Source: Salinivirgaceae bacterium
GTDB lineage: Bacteria; Bacteroidota; Bacteroidia; Bacteroidales; SZUA-534
NCBI GenBank assembly: GCA_024405635.1
Contig: JAKSOL010000002.1
Location: 153,458-217,457 of the forward strand
Direction of reading: 5' to 3'
Length of the DNA: 64,000 bases
The notes beneath the pieces were generated by a model. The model saw only the letters and a program-made list of their open reading frames with translations, ran no database searches and was not told where the DNA came from. Each line of letters begins with the position of its first letter. Within the stretch, counting starts at the first letter, position 1. Position numbers and translations under genes: made by a program. Below are positions 57,001 through 64,000 of this stretch, piece after piece.

Positions 57001-60000
57001 TTCAATTCAATAATTATTGAAAATAGTGAAAATGAAAACATATCTAAAGATTATCGCTATAATGAAAATATTGGGAAAGCCATCGCTGTAGCTACAGGCA
57101 CTTATAATGTATTTGTAGGCGAAAATAACACGAGTAAGATTCTAATAGCCTCCGACATAAAAGTAGAAGATAAATCATTTGCTATTAATGTTGAAAATGA
57201 AGATGCAACAACAATTGGAGATAATGGCAGTCTGAAATTAAAAGCAACAAATGCCGATAAAGAAATAACACTTAAAATAGGAGAAAAAACGATTTCAGGT
57301 GTAACTTGGGATACAGATAAAACTAGTACTATCAGTTTGCGAGCCAACACATATACACTGACGGCTATACATGATGGATGCGCAGTTGATACAAATATAA
57401 CCATACTTGAGCCAACAATTAATTTCTTAAAGAGCGAGTCAAAATCAGGAGATCCAGAAGTTCCAGATGTTACTATTTCATATAACGAGAATAGTAACAA
57501 AGCTACCATTACAGCAGAAGGCAAAGGCGGTGGCAACATATCAGAATATGAATTAATTTTAAAAGGCGGTGATAAAGAAGTATTGAAAAGCAACAAAACT
57601 GCAGCAGGTACAACAAAATTAAATGGCACCTTTAAGTATTCATCAAGCACAAAATACAATCTGTATTTGCGATACAAAGCACTTCAAGCAAAAACATATT
57701 CAGAATACAATCTAACCCCCAATGGTATAATACCACTATCATTATCAAACTGCAAAGCCAAATCAGCAGAAAAGAATGCCACAAGGTGCTATGGAGAAAG
57801 AGGTGTAATTGAGTTAAATGGCAAATGTTCGTTTGAGATAAATGGAGAATCTCAAGAATCAGCAGTCACAACATTTGAGACAGAAGAGTCCTTCAATATT
57901 GTGAAATTGTTGAAAACAGAAGAGACAACCAATAACGATTGTAAGATAAGTCAAACAGTAACACGTACAGATACTATTCAAATAGTTGAAATTCCTAGAC
58001 CAGAAATAGATTTATGGGTAAAAGATGTAACATGTTTTGGAACAAACGATGGCACTATAGAAATAGAATCAGCATCAAATATTAAAAACAATACAGCCAA
58101 AGACCTGTTATTATCATTAGACAAAAATGACCAAGGGAAAAGTAAATTGGAAAATCTAAGTGCTAACACAGAAGGTAATTGTTACAAAGTATTAATAATA
58201 GACGGAAGTTGTACATATACACAGAATGCGTCAGTAAAAGGACCAAACTCAAAATTGGGCTTAGAAATAATTGGCAAGCAAGACCCTACTTGTACCAATG
58301 ACAATGGAAGCATTGTAGTATCACCTAACGGCGGATGGGGTAATTATATATTTTCAATTGACGATAATGGTCCAAATATCCCAGGTGAATTTGCAGAATT
58401 TGAAAAAGATAAAACATTTATTTCTGCAGACTCAGCAACCAAAATACATTTGTTTGATATGTTAGGCTATGGAGAGCACACACTATATGTATCAGACAAT
58501 AAAGGATGTACAGAAAAGGAAATAGTTAACCTTGAACAATACCAAAATCCACATGTAACAAAAGCTCTATTTGATTCAGTTAGTTGCAGTGGTTTAAGTG
58601 ACGGTAAGATAAAGCAAATAGAATACGAAACAGACTGCAAGGTAGAAGGAGCGCCAATAAGATTATATTATTCTAAAGAAGATACAATGCCAAGTGCTGC
58701 AAATTGGCAAGCATTTAATCCAACCATTTCAAATCTACAAGCAACACATTATCACATTTGGCTAAAAGATACAAACGAGTGCGTAAGCGATAACCCATTC
58801 TATATCAAAGTTGAGCAACCCGACAGCCTAATCCTTTCCATCACCGATGAGAATAACATTATCCGCGAGTATGGTAAGCCGGGCGGCTCGGTTAATGTGA
58901 ATGTTTCGGGTGGTAACAAGGGAACGTTCAACATTTTCCTTGATACGAAAAAAGATACTTTGGCGCAGGTGATATGGGGTAATCATGCTTTTAATGACAT
59001 TTTCAGGCCGGGCACACACAAACTATATGTAACCGACCATAAGGAGTGTATCGATTCCGCCACCACCAAGCAAATGCGCCAGCCCGATAGTCCGCTGAGC
59101 ATTGAAGCCACGCCGCACGATGCGTTGTGCAATGGTTCTTTTGGCAGCATAACAGTAAGGGGTTCAGGCGGTTGGAATGGCTACCAATACTCATGCAGCA
59201 GCAAAAGCAACCTTTATGGTGCCAACCAGAATGAATACACATTCCATGATATAAAGGGTGGCTATTACGAAGTGTCGGTAACAGATGCTGAAGGAGTGAC
59301 GGCCACACAAAAGGTGTATGTCAACACCCCGCCGAAGCTGATGGCTGTTCCGCTACTGCGCGCATCGTCGTGCAAAAACGACGGACTTATATCGGCCAAC
59401 ATAACGGGAGGCACAATGCCTTATTTGGTCAAACCCGACAGCAGTTCTGTCACCCCGTTCTACTTTGAGCCATACATCACCAATAGCAATTTAACCATAA
59501 TTCCAAAGCAGCTGGCGGCCGGCGACTACTCAATAGTAGTTGTCGATTCGAACAATTGCGAGATACTAATGTCGGCAACCATAGCCGACAGCAGCGTAAA
59601 GGCCACGGTGAAACCCGTTTACCCCACAGCGCACGAGTTTGCCAATGGGCGGCTCGAGGCTGTTGTGCAGCAGGGGCCCGCGCCTTATACCTATCTGTGG
59701 AAGAACCACAATACCAGTCAGACCTGCACCAATGCCGTTTGGGATAAGGTGGGCGCCGGAGTTTACAGTCTCGATGTTTCTGATGCCAACAACTGCTCGG
59801 TGTCGGTGCCCATAACCTATTTGGCCACCAATGGCGATTTGCCGCTAATCATCGACACCATAATTGGTGAGACGGCGGTTGGCGCCTGCAACGGCATGGC
59901 AAGGTTCACATCCGACACCACAGGGTTCAAAAGCATCACTCTGCATGGCAATTCGGGTGTGAAAAAAGATGTTACCAGCCTAGTTAACAATAAGCTGCAA

Positions 60001-62334
60001 TTCGAATTGACAGGCCTTGCGCCCGACAGCTATCTGCTTGAGTGCGTTCTGGCTGACACAACCGTGCGCTATGCAAAATTCACCATTGCCCGATACGAGC
60101 CAATGCATCTGATAGTCAGCAACATTGTTGATGTGTCGAAGCAAGACGCGGCCAACGGCTCTGCCAAACTGCGCATTGATGGAGGAAGGGCGCCGTTCAT
60201 TGTCCAGATGCTTCGCGGCGACGATTTCCTTGCCGACACCGTACTGAACGACAGAAATCTGCCGATGTCAGGTTTGACGGCCGCCAACTATACGGTTTCG
60301 GTTGTCGATGAGTCGGCCAATCGTGTCAACGCGCAGTTCATAATCCGTAAGCCAGAAAAACCGTTACAGTTGCAGGCGCAGACGGTTGAGAACCCATCGT
60401 GCAACGGCTACAACAATGGCCGCATTATTCTGAAAGCCACTGGCGGCTGGGGCGACTACGAGTATGCCGCAGCCGAAGGCGAGTTTGGGCGCGCAACAGC
60501 GTACGACGGTCGTGGTGCGGCGGTTCACACCTTTGTGGCTATCGACAGCAAAGGCATAACCGATACGCTGAAAGTCGAGCTTGTTGAACCGCTACCGCTG
60601 ACAGCCCGCGTGGTTCAAGTTGATTCGGTGTCGTGCTTCGGCCGGACCGACGGCAGCGTAACCTTCGACATTGCCGGTGGCACCGCACCCTACACCGTCC
60701 ATTACGATGACTTTTTCGACAAGAAAAGCAATTTTGTGGGCTCGCTCAATGCCGGCACGCACACATTCAGCATTACCGACAGCAACTTCTGCCAGACCGT
60801 TGAAGGCAGCTTGGCGGTCGATATTCCGCAACCCGACAGCCTGCAAGTGGCTCACGACAGTGTGATACACACCACCTGCAACACAGACAATGGTCGCATC
60901 TTTATAACAATTGCAGGCGGCACCGCACCGTATGCCAACAGCTGGCGCGAAGACGGTCTGATAAAAGAGCGTTTTGCAAACCTGACTGCCATCGACAGTC
61001 TTCAGGGGTATAGCCTGTACGAGGTTGAAGTGGCCGACGCCAAAGGCTGCAAAGCCGGAAAATCGTACCGCATCAATCCATCATCGGGACCGAAGATAGA
61101 GCGTGTACGCACGCTGCCGGTGCTGTGCTATGGCGATTCAACCGGAACAGCAGTCATCGACAGTGCCGATATTGTTCCTGCCACACCCTACTCACCATTC
61201 CGCATCGAGTGGCCGCATGGCGAGAACGCAATGAGTGTGGGCAATCTGCCAGCTGGGTGGAATGTGGTTTTTATCATCGATTCGAACAACTGCAAAAACA
61301 GCACAAGTTTCAATATTGATGCACCGTCGCCGATAGAAATCATAAAGGTTGGCAGTCGCGACGCTTCGTGCTATGGCTATGCCGATGGCCGTATCAGCAC
61401 ACTCACTTTGGGCGGTGTGGGCGGTTACCGCTACCTATGGAGCAACGGCGACACCCTGCCCGACATCGACAGCATTGCCAAAGGCGCCTACACCATTGTT
61501 GTTGCCGACCGCAACAACTGCCGCGACTCTGCAGTCTTTGCCATTGGTCAGCCCGACTCGCTGCACGTGGAGATTGGCGAGGAGAATGTGCTCATGTGCC
61601 CCGATAATACCTACGAGTTCATACCAACCGACGGCTTCAAAACATACCGTTGGATTCTGAACGACTCAACACTGTCAGACAAGCGCAACCTGATTGCTTC
61701 CGAACAGGGCGAGTACCACCTTGTGGCCACCTACGGAGCCAACTGCATCAGTCGCGACACCGTTACAATCACCATTGGCGACGATTTGCTCGAAGCCGAT
61801 TTCTACATGGCTTCCGACGCTTCGAAGGATAACACCATTGCCCTTGTCGAACTGTCGAACATGAAGACCGACAGCATCCGTTGGGATTTCAGCGCCGCAG
61901 ATTTCGAGGTTGTGGACAGCTCGCTCTACGAACTGCAGCTGAAGCCGAACACCATTGGCTTGTACAACATCACACTGTGGGCCTACTCGAGCGGCTGCGT
62001 AAGTTACATCACCAAGCAGGTTGAGATTTCGGATTTGCCCGACACTACCGACAACATCAAGTTGGGCTACGACCCGCTGATAAAATCGGTTACGGTGAAA
62101 CCCAACCCGACAAACGGATTGTTCAGAGTTGATGTGCAACTGCGTGAAAGCCACGATGCCGAAATGACTATTTCGAGCGTCAGCCACGGTACTCAGATAG
62201 AACAGCGCAAACTGGCCGGAGATGCCGAATACAGCGAGAGTTTCGATTTGAGCAACGCCAGCGACGGCGTGTACATCCTGCGCATAAGCGCCAGCGATGA
62301 GCATCGAGTTTTGAAGGTGCTGATTGCGAAGTAG
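54091..62334 (+). CDS. Giant SprB-repeat adhesin-like protein with T9SS type A sorting domain (2747 aa)
   Basis: Repeated (V/P)SC.G..DG.I...GG..PY.Y.W...L.AG.Y.V.V.D.N.C units; C-terminal PNPTNG...GVYILRI...KVLIAK. Confidence 0.9.
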   Translation: MKQLLLLIWFICAFQYSFAEVDDSNVAHDLTSIVIRQKFEGSGLCEKMPEFDSSKVYYDSIVKGKEQLIIDAANDVNNYLDSVTYEYDFGKKGKTFKKGDRTIRQIVIKSHVKEMKNDKDQEFIFDMKPGLNLKTKGASDPCYNLFNDFAGGHRNSYSIQTTFICDVPIPVKVLNSDNSSHLNIDKNECLELQLGEYYEKGNTRIRYKVNGTDKWETIYKNVEIAQNKSIELRYQDIVGPYGSADFIANIGKIITIRVEKQLQDGTGRWTYNKDVECRFYSQGPDFDIVDIHRTACDTEPLSIKINIENVELFDIFIGDGSIYWNLIHDPNARDKDSINTGAPAFRLDKCKSTDVSNEFILYGTEKSINTSLLDYLNDTTKKATQGWWCIQLATLETSLQSFISTKKPFKLSPKPAPITAQQVPNPDSTASPTDPVIYLDIKDTTPYRLPYSIYAYDKLGSIQNSGEPICEFSLHKEGSEEGYGNLREKFNEEKPNYSFAITKSDYLKTYFSSWYNNQTDTIRSTLLLGEPNGNESAGDNWEPETYSETNVDYIYMLKKYDGEYTYIVNFKISKKNGTYSGGKFIKIKGDVASSLSNTCAGASSNDTYTFSITKKDNYNVELKLSRKKSNSSEEDNLTIYCTDPTVKFIAGNNGYYLTEKIEAENDGLILIDMKDLSTISVCNEHEIPLSLSDIGDINSRYYVANKDLIAIQDGGGSIKVLYNGISYEAYNNGIQRPTLTSVQDYDDGKGFTYVMGGKKYCRYYNPLSVDEMYSISNDKNSDKEIIGYEKAKEKIAWEKFVQERNSRWAEFQDDIFKKYYKITGIPKKDFLPKSIGNQKAYSGYIKIKDSDGCYSDTIPYTYKYNDFTIESEVTKYPETTVSENGEIKLTKIKGSDTPYTYKEDTIKVGMVISGLKYGDNPLTFASKTDSNILRTIRINLPFVCTPSPQKCKNGSGSITVTDTSRNPIAKFNSIIIENSENENISKDYRYNENIGKAIAVATGTYNVFVGENNTSKILIASDIKVEDKSFAINVENEDATTIGDNGSLKLKATNADKEITLKIGEKTISGVTWDTDKTSTISLRANTYTLTAIHDGCAVDTNITILEPTINFLKSESKSGDPEVPDVTISYNENSNKATITAEGKGGGNISEYELILKGGDKEVLKSNKTAAGTTKLNGTFKYSSSTKYNLYLRYKALQAKTYSEYNLTPNGIIPLSLSNCKAKSAEKNATRCYGERGVIELNGKCSFEINGESQESAVTTFETEESFNIVKLLKTEETTNNDCKISQTVTRTDTIQIVEIPRPEIDLWVKDVTCFGTNDGTIEIESASNIKNNTAKDLLLSLDKNDQGKSKLENLSANTEGNCYKVLIIDGSCTYTQNASVKGPNSKLGLEIIGKQDPTCTNDNGSIVVSPNGGWGNYIFSIDDNGPNIPGEFAEFEKDKTFISADSATKIHLFDMLGYGEHTLYVSDNKGCTEKEIVNLEQYQNPHVTKALFDSVSCSGLSDGKIKQIEYETDCKVEGAPIRLYYSKEDTMPSAANWQAFNPTISNLQATHYHIWLKDTNECVSDNPFYIKVEQPDSLILSITDENNIIREYGKPGGSVNVNVSGGNKGTFNIFLDTKKDTLAQVIWGNHAFNDIFRPGTHKLYVTDHKECIDSATTKQMRQPDSPLSIEATPHDALCNGSFGSITVRGSGGWNGYQYSCSSKSNLYGANQNEYTFHDIKGGYYEVSVTDAEGVTATQKVYVNTPPKLMAVPLLRASSCKNDGLISANITGGTMPYLVKPDSSSVTPFYFEPYITNSNLTIIPKQLAAGDYSIVVVDSNNCEILMSATIADSSVKATVKPVYPTAHEFANGRLEAVVQQGPAPYTYLWKNHNTSQTCTNAVWDKVGAGVYSLDVSDANNCSVSVPITYLATNGDLPLIIDTIIGETAVGACNGMARFTSDTTGFKSITLHGNSGVKKDVTSLVNNKLQFELTGLAPDSYLLECVLADTTVRYAKFTIARYEPMHLIVSNIVDVSKQDAANGSAKLRIDGGRAPFIVQMLRGDDFLADTVLNDRNLPMSGLTAANYTVSVVDESANRVNAQFIIRKPEKPLQLQAQTVENPSCNGYNNGRIILKATGGWGDYEYAAAEGEFGRATAYDGRGAAVHTFVAIDSKGITDTLKVELVEPLPLTARVVQVDSVSCFGRTDGSVTFDIAGGTAPYTVHYDDFFDKKSNFVGSLNAGTHTFSITDSNFCQTVEGSLAVDIPQPDSLQVAHDSVIHTTCNTDNGRIFITIAGGTAPYANSWREDGLIKERFANLTAIDSLQGYSLYEVEVADAKGCKAGKSYRINPSSGPKIERVRTLPVLCYGDSTGTAVIDSADIVPATPYSPFRIEWPHGENAMSVGNLPAGWNVVFIIDSNNCKNSTSFNIDAPSPIEIIKVGSRDASCYGYADGRISTLTLGGVGGYRYLWSNGDTLPDIDSIAKGAYTIVVADRNNCRDSAVFAIGQPDSLHVEIGEENVLMCPDNTYEFIPTDGFKTYRWILNDSTLSDKRNLIASEQGEYHLVATYGANCISRDTVTITIGDDLLEADFYMASDASKDNTIALVELSNMKTDSIRWDFSAADFEVVDSSLYELQLKPNTIGLYNITLWAYSSGCVSYITKQVEISDLPDTTDNIKLGYDPLIKSVTVKPNPTNGLFRVDVQLRESHDAEMTISSVSHGTQIEQRKLAGDAEYSESFDLSNASDGVYILRISASDEHRVLKVLIAK

Positions 62335-62341
62335 AGGAACG

Positions 62342-62391
62342 CAAACTGAAACCAAAAACAATTAAAGGACAAAATGTTGAGAAAATTGAAA
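62342..62391 (+). repeat. Direct repeat, left copy (~50 bp)
   Basis: caaactgaaaccaaaaacaattaaaggacaaaatgttgagaaaattgaaa; two mismatches to 63781-63830. Confidence 0.9.
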
Positions 62392-62420
62392 ATTCTAAAC
62401 TTAAACGGAAACAATAAGAT

Positions 62421-63788
62421 ATGACAGAAACCAACCGCATCGAATTCAAACGGGAACTGACTGATAAACTTGATATAGAGAAAGAAGTTATCGCATTTCT
62501 CAACTATCGAGAAGGAGGAATAATATATATAGGAATCGAGAAAAATGGAACAGCTGTTGGTTTGAAAGATATTGACGGTGATATGCTAAAGATAAAAGAC
62601 CGTATTCGCAAAAACATATCACCATCGCCAATGGGGTTATTCGATGTTACTGCCACAACCATTGATAATAAACGTGTTATAAAGATTTTTATAGCCAGTG
62701 GTAACGAAAAACCATATTACAAAACAAAATACGGAATGTCGGAGCATGGCTGTTACATTAGAGTGGGAACCGCAGCTGAACCAATGACCACCGCAATGAT
62801 TGAAGATTTGTTCTCGCATCGTGTGCGCAATTCTCTTAAAAATATTCCATCACCGCGGCAAGATCTGACTTTCAGCCAGTTGCGTATATACTATCAGGAA
62901 AAAGGATTCTCGTTGAACAACAATTTTCTAAAGACTCTTGAATTGTTGACAGATAATGAGCAGATGAATTATGCGGCTTATCTTTTGGCCGATGAAAACG
63001 GAAACTCAATGAAATTTGCCGAATACGCAGGAACCGACAGATATGAACTTGTGGAAAATAACGAATACGGGTATTGCTGTTTGCTGACTGCGACTCGCAA
63101 AATTCTTGATAAATTGAATGTTGCTAATAAAGTACGTTCAACAATAACACCGACAAGCCGGATTGATACGCCCCTTTGGGATCCGATAGCACTACGTGAA
63201 GTTGTGGTAAATGCCATCGTACATAACGATTATAGCTATGGTGCACCGGCTAAAATCGAATTGTTTTCTGACCATATCGAAATAACATCGATAGGCCGCA
63301 TACCTGAGGGATTAAGTGAAACCGATTTTTTTAGTGGTATAAGCATGCCCCGAAACAAAGAGCTTATGCGTGTTTTCCGTGACGTTGATTTGGTGGAAGC
63401 GTTGGGGTCGGGCATGCTGCGAATAATGCATTCTTATAACAAAGAGAACTTTGAGTTTGGTGACAACTACATTAGGTTTAAAGTGTATTTCAATAAAGCA
63501 AGCGAAACAGTCAATGTCTTAGACAACAACAGAAATGTCTTAGACAATCATACCCTAAATATATTATCCGATAATAATATTACCAGACAAGAGAAATTGA
63601 TAGCGTTAATCCGTATAAATCCAAAATCAACAATAAAACTATTATCGCAACAATTGAATGTGTCACCAAAAACTATTCAACGCGATTTGGAAATCTTTAA
63701 ATCAGAAGGAAAAATTAAACACATTGGCTCTGATAATAGTGGCGAATGGGTAATAATGAGTGAGGATAGTAACGCAAACACAAACTGA
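62421..63788 (+). CDS. AlbA_2/Schlafen-like domain plus HATPase_c_4 plus C-terminal HTH protein
   Basis: ETNRIEFK, AFLN..GG.IYIG, ALREVVVNAIVHNDY, PRN..L..VF, VEALGSG, HTH SPKTIQRDL. Confidence 0.88.
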   Translation: MTETNRIEFKRELTDKLDIEKEVIAFLNYREGGIIYIGIEKNGTAVGLKDIDGDMLKIKDRIRKNISPSPMGLFDVTATTIDNKRVIKIFIASGNEKPYYKTKYGMSEHGCYIRVGTAAEPMTTAMIEDLFSHRVRNSLKNIPSPRQDLTFSQLRIYYQEKGFSLNNNFLKTLELLTDNEQMNYAAYLLADENGNSMKFAEYAGTDRYELVENNEYGYCCLLTATRKILDKLNVANKVRSTITPTSRIDTPLWDPIALREVVVNAIVHNDYSYGAPAKIELFSDHIEITSIGRIPEGLSETDFFSGISMPRNKELMRVFRDVDLVEALGSGMLRIMHSYNKENFEFGDNYIRFKVYFNKASETVNVLDNNRNVLDNHTLNILSDNNITRQEKLIALIRINPKSTIKLLSQQLNVSPKTIQRDLEIFKSEGKIKHIGSDNSGEWVIMSEDSNANTN

Positions 63789-63830
63789 AACCGAAAACAA
63801 TTAAAGGGCAAAATGTTGAGAAAATTGAAA
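63781..63830 (+). repeat. Direct repeat, right copy; contains the TGA stop of the AlbA_2 gene
   Basis: caaactgaaaccgaaaacaattaaagggcaaaatgttgagaaaattgaaa. Confidence 0.9.
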
Positions 63831-63864
63831 GTTGAAAATTCTAAACCTTCTAAATAGCGAAGCC

Positions 63865-63880
63865 CCCGATAGCTATCGGG
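63865..63880. repeat. Perfect 16-bp palindrome CCCGATAGCTATCGGG (REP-like)
   Basis: Self-complementary; recalled as a recurrent intergenic palindrome in Bacteroidota genomes. Confidence 0.65.
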
Positions 63881-63929
63881 ATAAACTTCTCAACTCTAAA
63901 CGATTCACCGATTCACCAGTTCACCAACC

Positions 63930-64000
63930 TTGCTCCGCCTACTATCCATATTGACCGCTATTCTGCTGAGCCTGACGGCTGCGGCACAGCGCTATCCGGT
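63930..64000 (+). CDS. Start of the next secreted protein (truncated by window edge)
   Basis: TTG start; MLRLLSILTAILLSLTAAAQRYP signal peptide. Confidence 0.6.
   Translation, partial: MLRLLSILTAILLSLTAAAQRYP

Larger units (their letters stand above)
45872..64000. mobile_element. Accessory genomic island (extends past the right edge; no integrase in the window)
   Basis: Abrupt codon/GC change, gene remnant, nuclease-type accessory genes, mosaic giant exported proteins. Confidence 0.55.

Noticed and set aside
48321-62361. Long antisense ORFs (e.g. 48321-49070, 50715-51524, 61675-62361)
   Set aside because: Shadows of GC-rich sense genes with no recognisable motifs
63513-63548. Tandem aatgtcttagacaa repeat (NVLDN twice) in the AlbA_2 gene
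   Set aside because: Short in-frame linker duplication before the HTH, common in this family

Overview
Chromosomal window from a Bacteroidota (Bacteroidales-like) genome, judged from TAnnTTTG promoters, T9SS cargo, lpxH/lpxK/sppA and parA-parB-DUF5683-mltD synteny. Positions 1-30.4 kb are mostly housekeeping genes (parAB, mltD, dtd, mnmA, ychF, suhB, lpxH, sppA, lpxK, tkt, aminopeptidase P, tRNA-Ala, tRNA-Gln), plus a YfiR-family/TonB-dependent receptor pair, two VOC proteins, an LRR T9SS protein, a serpin and a Kbl-like protein lacking its PLP lysine. The most interesting locus is a 10-gene operon at 30680-41914: CheR, degenerate CheR, stand-alone CheB, membrane GAF protein, HAMP-GAF-coiled-coil-PAS-PAS-PP2C (SiaA-like), SiaB-like kinase, SiaC-like protein (Thr68 conserved), an ABCG-type transporter with a TerB-like N-terminus, a lipoprotein and a small secreted protein. 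It has no MCP, CheA, CheW, CheY or diguanylate cyclase. The last two genes have a paralogous pair at 17806-19222. From 45872 to the end lies an accessory island: a gene remnant, an AAA/PD-(D/E)XK gene with an in-frame stop, three large exported-protein genes whose GC content switches inside ORFs, and an AlbA_2/Schlafen-like gene bracketed by ~50-bp direct repeats. All family calls come from motif recognition by eye; no searches were run.
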